The translations under genes were made by a program, and so were the position numbers. A DNA stretch of 43,748 bases from an uncultured archaeon (lineage in GTDB: Archaea; Thermoplasmatota; Penumbrarchaeia; JASLWR01), in NCBI GenBank assembly GCA_964342815.1, contig CAYFHS010000038.1:1-43748 (forward strand), in the 5' to 3' direction. Below, one piece after another: positions 29,578-38,829 of the stretch; positions within the stretch are counted from its first letter, which is position 1, and every line of letters starts with the position of its first letter. The notes beneath the pieces were generated by a model that was not told where the DNA came from, ran no database searches, and was given only the letters and a program-made list of their open reading frames with translations.

Positions 29578-29967
29578 CTAATATACATAGGCTAAAAGTT
29601 TGCCTCCGGTATTTCTTTCCTTGGCAGTCTTGTGAGAAAGGACTCCGCGGGGTGTTGTGAGTATGAGTACCCCAAAACCCTGGGCTGGTAGAAAACGCGC
29701 CTCGTATTTTTCCATGAACTTCCTTTTCACGGAGTATCGCGGTTTTATCGCACCGCAGTTATTGATGTTTCCAATTAGTTCAACCTCGAAAAAACCACCG
29801 CGGTTGTTCTCTGCGTGCTGAAACGAACCGATATATTTATTCTCCTGCATAACCTTCAGTACCCGACCAATTAAATTGGAAGCGGGTCTTATTCGGCAAT
29901 GCCTCTTGCCTACGCGTTCGGCGTTCTTCAAGCCGACCATCACATCGTTTAGTGGATCGTGTTGCAA
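29578..29967 (-). CDS. rps8: 30S ribosomal protein uS8
   Basis: TTG start; HDPLND, INNCGAIKPRYSV, FGVLILTTPRGVLSH, GGKLLAYVY. Confidence 0.95.
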   Translation of the reverse strand: MQHDPLNDVMVGLKNAERVGKRHCRIRPASNLIGRVLKVMQENKYIGSFQHAENNRGGFFEVELIGNINNCGAIKPRYSVKRKFMEKYEARFLPAQGFGVLILTTPRGVLSHKTAKERNTGGKLLAYVY

Positions 29968-29982
29968 GTTTACCCCTCCTTA

Positions 29983-30144
29983 TTAGGAAAATTTTTTAAA
30001 ACCAATCTCTGGTGCGATCTCTCTGAAACACTGCCTGCATAGATGCATCCCGTATCTCCTGATGATGCCCCTTTTTCTACCGCACCTTAAACATCCTTTT
30101 TTTCGTCCGTATTCTTTGGTGGGTCTCAAACCTTTCTCTGCCAA
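29983..30144 (-). CDS. rps14: 30S ribosomal protein uS14 (Zn-binding, 53 aa); not in ORF track
   Basis: Hand translation from TTG after GGAGG: [53 protein letters not shown]; expected position between rpl5 and rps8. Confidence 0.95.
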   Translation of the reverse strand: MAEKGLRPTKEYGRKKGCLRCGRKRGIIRRYGMHLCRQCFREIAPEIGFKKFS

Positions 30145-30161
30145 ATGAATGCCTCCTGCCT

Positions 30162-30692
30162 TTACTCCAGTTTAACCACTTCCACATCGAACTCCTTATT
30201 CAGGAACTCGTAAGCCTCATCTTTCGAGATCCGCTGTTTGCTCGAAAGTTTACGGCTCCTCATCTTTCTTTTTGAAATACGATATCCGTTTCTCTTCAAA
30301 GAAACGCAGACATCCATTCCGAAAATCCCTATCTCAGGGTCGTATTTCATATCCTTGAAATCGGTAAAGTCCGAAATCCCAAAGGAAAAGTTGCCGCAAA
30401 GATCAAAGGAATAACTGGCGATCTTGTTTTGTTTTATCCAGAACGCCCGCTTCAGAAAATCTTCAGCATCATCTTTCCGAAGGGTGACCTTGCAGCCTAT
30501 GGGCATCATCTTCCTTATACCGAAATCTCTGTTGGTAGTGCGGGAGATGGTCCTAACTGGTTTTCTCCCTGTTAACAGATTTATTACCTTTTCTGCCCGG
30601 ATAAGCTTTTCACCCGCTTCACCCACGCCAATGTTCACCACCACCTTATCGATGGCCAGTGCCCTCATGGGATTCTCTTGGGCACCATTCAT
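30162..30692 (-). CDS. rpl5: 50S ribosomal protein uL5
   Basis: [50 protein letters not shown]. Confidence 0.95.
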   Translation of the reverse strand: MNGAQENPMRALAIDKVVVNIGVGEAGEKLIRAEKVINLLTGRKPVRTISRTTNRDFGIRKMMPIGCKVTLRKDDAEDFLKRAFWIKQNKIASYSFDLCGNFSFGISDFTDFKDMKYDPEIGIFGMDVCVSLKRNGYRISKRKMRSRKLSSKQRISKDEAYEFLNKEFDVEVVKLE

Positions 30693-31399
30693 ATAACCGT
30701 CACCTCCGGCACCGTTATTTCAGGAGTCTTCTTACCTATGACGAAGATGTAATCCATTATGGTCGATATTCCACCTTCCAGCGTCACAATGTTGGGTTTG
30801 GACGATTTGGTTATTGTAAAATCTTCTATCCTATATATGCTGCCCGCGTGTGCGCCGCCGATGACCATTGCCAAGTTACCCTTGGAAAACTTGTAAGCTC
30901 CGAGCATCTTCTGGCTGGGGATCTCTATCTTGAGAACATCCTTAGTCTTGAAACGGTCCTTCTCAATTAAAATATTCCTGCCGTCATGAAGGTTCAGTTG
31001 GATCTTGTTTCCTTTGAGAGTGCTCTTATCCATGATCTTTACCATCTTCCAGATCGAGTTTTCTTTCGGAATAGATGTGAGGACCAGTTTACCCCTTTTA
31101 TCAAACAACACTCGATAAAAGATATTGTTCTTGGGAATGGAGAATACGTCCATGAAACCAACTGGGTGTTTGGGATTGGTTATCACCTTTCCGTCTACGA
31201 ATACGTCCCTCGCTGCTAGTATCTTCCTTGCCTCGCTGGCGTTATCGCAGAGTTCCAGCATGTCCCGTAAAACCACAAGAACCGGTACGGACCAATCCTT
31301 GGAATGCGGACCCGGCGAGGTTTTCGGCGCCCATTTATAGGTCTTCTTTGCTAGCTTCCATCTCCTCGGAATGGTCAATCTCTTTTGATGTTTTTTCAC
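30689..31399 (-). CDS. rps4e: 30S ribosomal protein eS4
   Basis: MKKHQKRL, SPGPHS, VFVDGKV, QLNLHDGRNI, GGAHAG. Confidence 0.95.
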   Translation of the reverse strand: MKKHQKRLTIPRRWKLAKKTYKWAPKTSPGPHSKDWSVPVLVVLRDMLELCDNASEARKILAARDVFVDGKVITNPKHPVGFMDVFSIPKNNIFYRVLFDKRGKLVLTSIPKENSIWKMVKIMDKSTLKGNKIQLNLHDGRNILIEKDRFKTKDVLKIEIPSQKMLGAYKFSKGNLAMVIGGAHAGSIYRIEDFTITKSSKPNIVTLEGGISTIMDYIFVIGKKTPEITVPEVTVI

Positions 31400-31770
31400 T
31401 CATTGCCCCCCGTTTTAGTTTTCAATTTTTCCCGCCGTTTGGGATCACTGAGGTCCAGCTTCACCACTTCCAGGTTGGACGGGTGGATCAACTTTGGGAT
31501 TGATTTGCCATCTGCCTTGGTAAGAGCGGCCTTCTCCACCGCTACCATCATTTTATTCATATGCACCTCGGAAACCTTACCGGTCAGTCCCTTGAGACCA
31601 CCTCTCATAACCCGGACCGTATCGCCCTTTCTTAGCCGGACACACCTTTTTTTGTACTTTTCCCTCAGGTCCCCGGAGAGATGTGAGCTTAACTGCCTTC
31701 CTTTAACATGTAAAGGCGCATTGTAATGATATTTACGCTGTTTTCTCTTCTTTGAAGATTTTATCGGCAT
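31396..31770 (-). CDS. rpl24: 50S ribosomal protein uL24
   Basis: KQRKYHYNAPLH, LRKGDTVRVMRG, IHPSNLEVVKLDLSDPKR; ATG 31770 after AGGTG (track start 31791). Confidence 0.95.
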   Translation of the reverse strand: MPIKSSKKRKQRKYHYNAPLHVKGRQLSSHLSGDLREKYKKRCVRLRKGDTVRVMRGGLKGLTGKVSEVHMNKMMVAVEKAALTKADGKSIPKLIHPSNLEVVKLDLSDPKRREKLKTKTGGNE

Positions 31771-31795
31771 CCGTACCACCTTGAAATTCATTTAT

Positions 31796-32194
31796 TTACA
31801 CAATTGTAGACGCGGTGGAGGCAATTCGGGGCCATCTCTCCGCCGCCTCTCTTGCTACCGGGCCTTTTATATCAGTCCCTTTGGTTTCCCCATTGGGCGT
31901 CGTCAGCACGCAAGCGTTATCCTCGAATTGGACCATGGTACCATCCGTTCTTCGAAAAGGCCTTTTCTGTCTCACTACTACGGCATTTATTAGTTTTTTC
32001 CTCAGCTCAGGAGTCCCTTTTTTCACCGATACGATAATAAGATCGCCTATACCGGCCGCCGGATACCGCCGGTGAACTCCGTGGTATTTCAGTACGTTCA
32101 CCAATTCCACGATCTTGGCACCAGTGTTGTCCGTACAGACGAGTCTCGCCCCTGTGGGCAGACCCCTTGTCTGAGTTCCGGCTAATCCTTTCAT
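31796..32194 (-). CDS. rpl14: 50S ribosomal protein uL14
   Basis: [41 protein letters not shown]; ATG 32194 overlaps the rps17 stop. Confidence 0.96.
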   Translation of the reverse strand: MKGLAGTQTRGLPTGARLVCTDNTGAKIVELVNVLKYHGVHRRYPAAGIGDLIIVSVKKGTPELRKKLINAVVVRQKRPFRRTDGTMVQFEDNACVLTTPNGETKGTDIKGPVAREAAERWPRIASTASTIV

Positions 32195-32727
32195 ATGGGT
32201 TTCCTCCGCTCGATTATGACAAAGGATATTGTCTTTGAAAGGGGTCGACATTCAGCGATCCTCACCTTGTCTCCGATCCGGACTCCCAGACAGGGTGGAT
32301 TGTGTACACTGTGCCTAGATGTCCTTTTTTCGTATCTTTCGTACTTCTCAATGTAGTACAGCCTCTCCCTCTTAACCACGGCGGATTGGTTCATTTTAGT
32401 GCTGGACACGATCCCCTCTAGTATCTGTCCTCGGACAGAGAGTTTTCCATGGAAAGGGCAGTAGACATCTTGGCATATTTTTTTCGGCAATGGGACTGAA
32501 ATGCCAATGTTTCTGGCCTTTTCTGCTCCCGTTTCACTCTTCGCCCTCACGATGGATTTGGTACGTAAGGTTTTTTTCTTTTTCACCGTTTTCTTGGCCG
32601 ACTTTGAGGCCGAGGCCGATTTTTTTTCTTTGTCCGCCTTCCCTTTCGTTGTCTTTTTGCCAGTGCCGGCCGTCGGTTTCTTTTTCTTTCCGGCCGATTT
32701 CTTCGCTGACTTGTCATCATCACCCAT
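32191..32727 (-). CDS. rps17: 30S ribosomal protein uS17 with ~70-aa Lys/Ala/Ser-rich N-terminal extension
   Basis: [46 protein letters not shown]. Confidence 0.95.
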   Translation of the reverse strand: MGDDDKSAKKSAGKKKKPTAGTGKKTTKGKADKEKKSASASKSAKKTVKKKKTLRTKSIVRAKSETGAEKARNIGISVPLPKKICQDVYCPFHGKLSVRGQILEGIVSSTKMNQSAVVKRERLYYIEKYERYEKRTSRHSVHNPPCLGVRIGDKVRIAECRPLSKTISFVIIERRKPI

Positions 32728-32790
32728 TTGATCACCAACTTGAATAGTTATTTTTTCTTAGGATATACCATGTATACGAAGGGAATCCCC

Positions 32791-33090
32791 TTATCGGGAT
32801 CGCCTCCCTCGTTTCTGTTTCACAGGTCGCAACCGTTTCGTTCTGTCCTCGCTTCTTATTCGTATAGTACTTCCATCCACCTCGAACGGTTCACCCTCAA
32901 TGGTGAATACGAAAGTGTTTCCCGCTTTCGGTATTTTGATTCTTTTTTTTCCAATGTCGATTTCCAGCATGTTCTTCGATTCATCCACCACGGTCCCCTG
33001 GAGCCCAAGGTAACCTTCGGCCCGAGATTCTTTCACCTTTACCGGTAGTCCAATGAATTCATGCTGAAGCAAATTTCTTTCGTTCCTCAT
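32791..33090 (-). CDS. rnp1: Ribonuclease P protein component 1 (Rpp29)
   Basis: LLQHEFIGLPVKV, GTVVDESKN, IPKAGNTFVF; conserved position between SUI1 and rps17. Confidence 0.9.
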   Translation of the reverse strand: MRNERNLLQHEFIGLPVKVKESRAEGYLGLQGTVVDESKNMLEIDIGKKRIKIPKAGNTFVFTIEGEPFEVDGSTIRIRSEDRTKRLRPVKQKRGRRSR

Positions 33091-33386
33091 CTCTCCTCAA
33101 CTGAAAAGCCTAGTTTTTTTAATTCTTCGGTCACTCTCTTGGAATGGTCCCCTTGGAGTTCGATATTGCCCTTCTTTACGGTACCACCTGCAGCACATCT
33201 TGTTTTCAGTGTCTTTGCAAGATCCTCCAGGTCGATAGCAGTTCCGTCGATACCCTCCACGATGGTAACTATCTTCCCATAACGCCTTTTTGTGGTGAAT
33301 ATTCGTATCTCCTGCTGTTCCCGGGCTATATGTTCACAAGCGCAGATCTCCTTTGGAAGACCGCAAGTTATACAGATCTCTCCCAT
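33087..33386 (-). CDS. Translation initiation factor aIF1 / SUI1 homolog
   Basis: CITCGLPKEICACE, RRYGKIVTIVEG, LKTRCAAGGTVK, IELQGDH. Confidence 0.93.
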   Translation of the reverse strand: MGEICITCGLPKEICACEHIAREQQEIRIFTTKRRYGKIVTIVEGIDGTAIDLEDLAKTLKTRCAAGGTVKKGNIELQGDHSKRVTEELKKLGFSVEER

Positions 33387-33589
33387 CAGCGCTCACCCTC
33401 CTCCCTCATGATGGTCAGGAGCCTTGCGATATCGGATCGCAGAGCCCGGATCTTCCCGGGACTTGCAGGTGCACCTCCCATGGCGGCCACACCTCGCTCG
33501 TACATCAGTTCACCACGGAGTTTTTCCAGCTTTTCTTTTTTCTCTTCCTTGCTCATGGCTCGTATCTCATTTCCTTTCAATACCGTCAT
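33386..33589 (-). CDS. rpl29: 50S ribosomal protein uL29
   Basis: LKGNEIRAMS, PGKIRALRSDIARLLT. Confidence 0.93.
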   Translation of the reverse strand: MTVLKGNEIRAMSKEEKKEKLEKLRGELMYERGVAAMGGAPASPGKIRALRSDIARLLTIMREEGER

Positions 33590-33648
33590 TTGTGATCACA
33601 CGCTCCTTGGTGTTATAAAAATTTGATTCCATATCACCTCATTTAATC

Positions 33649-34623
33649 TCATTTGTCAGAATCTTCATTCGAATTATTTTCGGCCGTTTTTGCAGGATCG
33701 GCTGAAGGGCCATCCGTTACCTTTGCGGCCTCTACACTTTCTTTTTCCTTCTTGTCCACCTTGTCACTTTTGTTTTTGGACTTTGATTTGGATTTCACCT
33801 TTGATTCTTCTTCCTTTTTCGAGCTTTTCTTCTTTTTAACCGCTTTGCTCTTTTCTTTTTTCCCCGCTTTCTTCTTCTTTTTTTCCTTCCCCCCATCATC
33901 TTCCTCGCCAGCCATGATCATCTCCACCACAGCATCCCCAGTATCTTCAATCGGACCTTCTTTCTGCTTATCTCCATCACCCGGTTCCTTTGGTGCCAGC
34001 AGTATCAACTCCTCTTCTTCTTCCGGATCGGGTTCCCTTATCTCCACCTCGTCGGGGAGTCTGGCGTTGGCATCCATTATCATTACCTTCACACCTATGG
34101 CACCGAGCTTCTTCTTTGCCACTGAGAATCCTATATCCATCCATTTCAGAGCAGTATCACCGCAGTATTTGATATGGCCTCGGGAGAATTTTTCAGTTCT
34201 GTGTCTCTGCCCAGTCAGTTTCCCCGATATAATGATCATACACCCCTTTGCCCCCCCGTCCATGATACGTCTAACCGTGGAATGTCCGGCTCTTCTGAAG
34301 TGCCATCCTCTCTCTAGGGCGGAAGCCAGTTTCTGCGCCATGATCTGTGCGTTCACATTGGGATTCTCAGAGTCTCCTACCTCTATCTGAGGATTGTCAA
34401 AATGGAATTTTTCTTCGACATCTTGGGTCAATTTCTTAATGGTCATTCCCTTTCTGCCTATAACCAGACCCGGTCTTTCCACAGTCAATACGATACGGGT
34501 TCCATGAGGTGTACGCCGGATCTCCATTCCACCAAAACCTGCTCTCTCGATATCTTTTTTGATGGATTCCTTCAGAAGAACTCGACGGATCTTCTCCTTG
34601 ATAAACTTCCGCTCGGAGGTCAT
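33649..34623 (-). CDS. rps3: 30S ribosomal protein uS3 with ~129-aa C-terminal extension
   Basis: RAGFGG, ERPGLVIGRKG, LERGWHFRRAG, ISGKLTGQR, GAIGVKVMI. Confidence 0.96.
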   Translation of the reverse strand: MTSERKFIKEKIRRVLLKESIKKDIERAGFGGMEIRRTPHGTRIVLTVERPGLVIGRKGMTIKKLTQDVEEKFHFDNPQIEVGDSENPNVNAQIMAQKLASALERGWHFRRAGHSTVRRIMDGGAKGCMIIISGKLTGQRHRTEKFSRGHIKYCGDTALKWMDIGFSVAKKKLGAIGVKVMIMDANARLPDEVEIREPDPEEEEELILLAPKEPGDGDKQKEGPIEDTGDAVVEMIMAGEEDDGGKEKKKKKAGKKEKSKAVKKKKSSKKEEESKVKSKSKSKNKSDKVDKKEKESVEAAKVTDGPSADPAKTAENNSNEDSDK

Positions 34624-35078
34624 ATCTCTTCCTCTCTTTCTTCGATAATTATCTCAATATTTACAGTTGCTCTGACCTTTGGTGTTGTTCGACCGCGTGC
34701 TCTGTGAAAATAACTTTCCGTTGTTTGACCTCTGTATGCGGATAGATGAGTGATGACGGTAGACTCGGGATCTATACCCTTGAACTCCGCATTGCTCTTC
34801 ACATCTTCAACAAGTTTCAACAATAGAGCGGCGGCCTTTACGGGATACTTACCAGGGCCTATTTTCCCTCTCCTGTGTGACACAGAATGTTTGAACCTTT
34901 TGAAGGGAACTGCAACTGTCTTCTCTACGATGCCATTTAAAAGCTTCTCCGCTATGGGAACCTTTTTTCCTCGTATGAAACGACACAGCTCTACCGCGTG
35001 TTTCGGAGAAATATCAAGTTCTCTGCCGAAAGCCTTGGCCATTGTCTTCGGGTCCGCCTTCATCGAGTAGGGGCTCAT
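34620..35078 (-). CDS. rpl22: 50S ribosomal protein uL22
   Basis: ISPKHAVELCRFIRG, VPFKRF, GKYPVKAA, RARGR. Confidence 0.95.
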   Translation of the reverse strand: MSPYSMKADPKTMAKAFGRELDISPKHAVELCRFIRGKKVPIAEKLLNGIVEKTVAVPFKRFKHSVSHRRGKIGPGKYPVKAAALLLKLVEDVKSNAEFKGIDPESTVITHLSAYRGQTTESYFHRARGRTTPKVRATVNIEIIIEEREEEI

Positions 35079-35087
35079 TTTATCACC

Positions 35088-35561
35088 TTACTTCAAGGGC
35101 ATGAACTTGGATGAACGTGTCGCACCTACCCCTGGCCCGGTATGCTTTACGCTTTTCCGGGTGAGGGCGAACTCTCCAAAATAATGCCCGATCATTTCTG
35201 GTATAATCTTGATATGAACAAACTCTTTTCCATTGTAAACCGCCATGGTTTTTCCCACGTATGCCGGCATAATGATGTGATCTCTCAAATGAGTTCTGAC
35301 TGCCAAACCTTCGGGGCTCCCCAGCATCTTTCCTTGGAGCTGTTTATTCCGGATGTTGTAACCCCGACCCAGTGTCCTACGGAGTCGGGCGGGGAAGAGG
35401 TCGATCTGTTCTTCCACGGTAAGTTTGTTCAGTTCTTCCAGGGTGTATCCCTTATAGGTGAATACCTTTTTTTCCCTCACCGCAATTCGCTCCCTCCTCT
35501 TCCTTGCCCTTCTCCTTGCAGCTCGCGGCGTTGTTGCCCCTTTCTTCCTTCTTTTCCCCAT
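35088..35561 (-). CDS. rps19: 30S ribosomal protein uS19
   Basis: FTYKGYTLEEL, VRTHLRD, YNGKEF, PEMIGHYFGEFALTR, GVGATRSSKFMPLK. Confidence 0.96.
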   Translation of the reverse strand: MGKRRKKGATTPRAARRRARKRRERIAVREKKVFTYKGYTLEELNKLTVEEQIDLFPARLRRTLGRGYNIRNKQLQGKMLGSPEGLAVRTHLRDHIIMPAYVGKTMAVYNGKEFVHIKIIPEMIGHYFGEFALTRKSVKHTGPGVGATRSSKFMPLK

Positions 35562-35565
35562 TCTA

Positions 35566-36285
35566 TCACCTCATTTTCTTTTTTCTTTTCTTGCGTCTTT
35601 TCTTCTTGGGAGCCAGATTACCCACCTTTCTACCGGGTGGCGCGTTTCGCGAGACAGTACTGGGTTTCCCGACATGCTGGTGCCCGCCGCCCCCGTGTGG
35701 GTGGTCAACCGAATTCATGGCAACACCGCTTACCCGGGGCCAGCACTTTGCTCTTGATCGTAAGGAGTGGTGCTTTTTTCCGGCTTTCATAATGGGTTTC
35801 TCCCTCCTACCACCGCCGCCGGACAGTCCCAGCGTCGCCCGGCAATCAGGCAGGAAGGATTTGAAGTTGCCGGAAGGTAACTGTAGTATCACCATCTTCC
35901 CGTGGCTGATGACCACGGCGGTGGTCCCAGCGGAGCGAACGAACTTTCCCCCATCCCCCGGATTCTTTTCCACGTTGAACACGGGTAACCCGTCGGGTAT
36001 CATGGAGAGAGGTAAAACATTCCCCACCGCCAATGGAGAATCCTTGCCGAAGTGTACCTTCTGCTCGACGGAAATCCCTTCCGGGGCTATGATGAAATGT
36101 TTGTGTCCATCCTCCAATCTAACTTTAGCAATTGGAGCGGTCCTTCCTGGGTCGTGCTCTATTTCCTCCACCACCGCTGTACCGCTATTCAATGATGGAT
36201 ATTTTATCTTACCCTTGAATCGGTGAGAAGGTGTTCTAAATACAGAACCTCTCCCTCTTCTCTGTGCCCGGATTCGTTTTCCCAT
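35566..36285 (-). CDS. rpl2: 50S ribosomal protein uL2
   Basis: MGKRIRAQRRGRG (ATG 36285), HDPGRTAP, PGDGGKFVRSAG, GVAMNSVDHPHGGG. Confidence 0.96.
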   Translation of the reverse strand: MGKRIRAQRRGRGSVFRTPSHRFKGKIKYPSLNSGTAVVEEIEHDPGRTAPIAKVRLEDGHKHFIIAPEGISVEQKVHFGKDSPLAVGNVLPLSMIPDGLPVFNVEKNPGDGGKFVRSAGTTAVVISHGKMVILQLPSGNFKSFLPDCRATLGLSGGGGRREKPIMKAGKKHHSLRSRAKCWPRVSGVAMNSVDHPHGGGGHQHVGKPSTVSRNAPPGRKVGNLAPKKKRRKKRKKKMR

Positions 36286-36307
36286 CCACATCGCCTCTCT
36301 TTTTTTC

Positions 36308-36574
36308 TTAGAAGATTCCAATCCGCGTACCGATTTCCTCAGCGGAATATTTTTCAGATAGTTTAAGGACCGCATGTTTCCCGTCCGGCAGATTTCGCGT
36401 ATTCACACTTACGATCTCAACCTCGAATATCTTTTCAAAGGCCTTTTTGATCTGTGATTTCGTGGCATTCTTATGCACCAGAAATTCCAGTTTATTTCCC
36501 TTGTCCATATGGTCCATGGCCTTTTCGGTCACGTGGGGGTGAAATAGTATCTTGTAAGGAGATTTTTCGACCAT
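36308..36574 (-). CDS. rpl23: 50S ribosomal protein uL23
   Basis: HPHVTEKAM, NKLEFLV, ATKSQIKKAFE, GKHAVLKL. Confidence 0.95.
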   Translation of the reverse strand: MVEKSPYKILFHPHVTEKAMDHMDKGNKLEFLVHKNATKSQIKKAFEKIFEVEIVSVNTRNLPDGKHAVLKLSEKYSAEEIGTRIGIF

Positions 36575-37381
36575 TTACCAACCTCCCATTTGCTGAATGG
36601 CATTCTGGGTGAATATTGTAAGCCGTCCAGGGTCTCCACCGGGGGCCAACATCTCGGTATTTAACCTCGAAATGGGTGTGATATCTACTCCGGAAAGATT
36701 TCGACCCGCTTTTACTACGGGAACATTATCACCAACCACGATGAGTAAAGAACGGGGTTTTTTGTATTTACGATCCCGCATTTTACCTTTTCCCGCACGA
36801 ATATGAGTTCCATTCTTTGCTCGAATCACATCGGACCAAAGTCCTATGGATGTGAGCGCGTCTGCAAGGGATTTGGTCTTGCTTATCTTTTCAAGTTGGT
36901 TCGAGAAGACAACAGGAAATGATATTTTATCTCCCATCCTGTGTCCTCGTGCTTGTACGAGGTCTCTGTTGGCAGTGGCGGCAAGTGCCGAGAGCTTGGC
37001 CTTGTTCCTCTGTTTACGGTTCATCTTTTTATGCCATATTTTCTCGGGTTTTGGCGGGTGGGCCCGCCTACCACCAACATTGGGTGGTGATTCGGCTGCG
37101 TTTCTTCCCTGGGTCAACCTCTGGACCCTGGCGACGCCACGTCCCTTGCCCCAAGTGGAAACCGCATGACACATCCCTGCGTCCCTTTTGGGACCGTAGG
37201 GTTGGCGGCGGTTTGCTCTTATTGCGGTAACTGAAAGTCGGATCAGATCTGGTCTGAACTCGTGATCAAAAACAGCGGGAAGGTAGATATCCCTCATCTT
37301 TTCACCATTTATAGAAAGGAGTGAGGTCTTTTTCTTCCCCCTCTTGAACTTTGATTCCGTGGTAGATTTCCTGGTTGCCAT
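36575..37381 (-). CDS. rpl4: 50S ribosomal protein uL4
   Basis: RPDLIR, NRRQPYG, WGKGRGVARVQR, GGRRAHPP, LAPGGDPGRLTIF; start ATG 37381 or 37399. Confidence 0.95.
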   Translation of the reverse strand: MATRKSTTESKFKRGKKKTSLLSINGEKMRDIYLPAVFDHEFRPDLIRLSVTAIRANRRQPYGPKRDAGMCHAVSTWGKGRGVARVQRLTQGRNAAESPPNVGGRRAHPPKPEKIWHKKMNRKQRNKAKLSALAATANRDLVQARGHRMGDKISFPVVFSNQLEKISKTKSLADALTSIGLWSDVIRAKNGTHIRAGKGKMRDRKYKKPRSLLIVVGDNVPVVKAGRNLSGVDITPISRLNTEMLAPGGDPGRLTIFTQNAIQQMGGW

Positions 37382-37395
37382 TACTTTCCCCTTCC

Positions 37396-38394
37396 TCATG
37401 CTCCTTGCTTTGATTGTGTGGATATATATGACAGTTCAACCGTAGAGACCTTGTCACGCTTGAATCGAATAGCATCTCTCATTCTTATCAATCGCTTCGT
37501 TGGCCCCGGTATCGAGCCATGGAACAGTATGTAGTCGTTCCGAACCAAACCATAATGTAAAAAACCACCCTTTGGATTGATCTCATCTGGATTCTTGCCT
37601 ATCTTCAATATTCTTTTATTGTATTCCGTTCTCTGATGATACCCTGTCTGACCTGCCTGAGGTACGGTTGACATAACATAGGGAGGATGCCAGGGACCCA
37701 ATGTACCGATCATTCTACGATGTTTACTGTTTTTATGAGTAAGCAATTTTACGCCAAACCGTTTCACATGCCCTTGAAAACCCTTACCTTTTGTCACACC
37801 CAGCACATCCACCATTGCACCTTCTTGGGTAAATTCATTCACATGTATTTCCTTTCCGAGAAGACCCGATGCGTAATCGAGTCTTTTCTCAATGGAGGAA
37901 CCGCCTACCCGCAATTCAACGATCTCCGGTTTTTTCTTGGGTATCCCAGTAACCTGTGCGGGCTTTGTATGAACCAGCAATCTAATTTCATCCGGATCCT
38001 TTGTGGATAATTCATCCAGGTCCACAGTTTTCTTTTCCTTGGGTAGAGAGACCCTTCTTTCAAGGTATTTGTCTTGTTTCTCCCCCCACACCTCACCAAT
38101 GGTCTGAAGCCCGTTCTCAGAATTGCAATACAACCTGATACCACAGACCACTAATGGCGGAGTTTCCACTACTGTCACAGGTACTGCAACCTCCATGCCC
38201 GAGGTGGTACTTCTTTTTCGATAATCGACAATAAATCCGTGTGTCATCCCTACTTTATACCCAACGAATCCCTGTATCTTGGGTTGATCGTCGTTCGAAA
38301 CAGGCCATCTTCGGACTTTTGGCGTCTCTCTCTTGGCTCTCTTGCGGGGCCAGAAGCCGTGGGAACCTCGGTTTGGATGATGTCTCTTTGCCAT
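37396..38394 (-). CDS. rpl3: 50S ribosomal protein uL3
   Basis: RGSHGFWPRKRA, GYKVGMTH, VTKGKGFQGHVKRFG, QAGQTGYHQRTEYNKR, GSIPGPTKRLIR. Confidence 0.97.
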   Translation of the reverse strand: MAKRHHPNRGSHGFWPRKRAKRETPKVRRWPVSNDDQPKIQGFVGYKVGMTHGFIVDYRKRSTTSGMEVAVPVTVVETPPLVVCGIRLYCNSENGLQTIGEVWGEKQDKYLERRVSLPKEKKTVDLDELSTKDPDEIRLLVHTKPAQVTGIPKKKPEIVELRVGGSSIEKRLDYASGLLGKEIHVNEFTQEGAMVDVLGVTKGKGFQGHVKRFGVKLLTHKNSKHRRMIGTLGPWHPPYVMSTVPQAGQTGYHQRTEYNKRILKIGKNPDEINPKGGFLHYGLVRNDYILFHGSIPGPTKRLIRMRDAIRFKRDKVSTVELSYISTQSKQGA

Positions 38395-38660
38395 GGGATG
38401 CCTCCCGGATCATAATTCAGACTTGAATATTTCGACCATTAATCCCGTAAATTCGAGATAGTTATGGTTCTCGTTCACTATGTATCGGTATCGCCCATAT
38501 AGGGTAAACCCGAATAGATATCCCGGCCGTACCGTCCAACCGTTACGATTATCCGCCCTCAAAATTTTCATCTATGGGGGGATATTGGAAGTTCTTATGG
38601 GTTTCCAATACCGTATGGATGGATCTACCGAAACAATCTCTGATGGGGAATCGTAGCTTT

Positions 38661-38676
38661 GTATATATAATTTCTC
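38661..38676 (-). promoter_or_regulatory. BRE-TATA promoter of the r-protein operon
   Basis: Minus strand GAGAAA-TTATATATAC; best archaeal promoter match in the rpl3-ftsZ spacer. Confidence 0.55.
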
Positions 38677-38735
38677 GTATCTTTTAAAAATAGGGTCAGA
38701 GCAAGGTGTTTTATCCTTCGCTCCACTTTTTTTTA

Positions 38736-38749
38736 GGAAAACTATTTAA
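38736..38749 (+). promoter_or_regulatory. Candidate BRE-TATA promoter of ftsZ
   Basis: GGAAAAC-TATTTAAA ~80 nt upstream of the ftsZ ATG; a second TTTAAA at ~38764. Confidence 0.4.
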
Positions 38750-38829
38750 ACGAGGATATGTAATTTAAAGGACTACCAGAGGGGTGATGACACAATCCTC
38801 CCGGCTAGAATCGAATCGGAGGCAAATAA

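Noticed and set aside
27929-30144. TTG starts on rpl18, rps8 and rps14
   Set aside because: Real, but alternative starts with a strong SD are common in archaeal operons; not novel alone.
23451-31781. Identical 14-mer AGGTGGTACGGATG at the starts of the thioredoxin gene and rpl24
   Set aside because: Eight of the 14 nt are SD + ATG; the remaining match is plausible by chance among ~45 gene starts.
33653-36226. Long plus-strand ORFs (33653-34390, 35142-35792, 35504-36226)
   Set aside because: Antisense to rps3, rps19 and rpl2; their Phe/Ser/Leu-rich products mirror Lys/Glu codons, with no family motifs.
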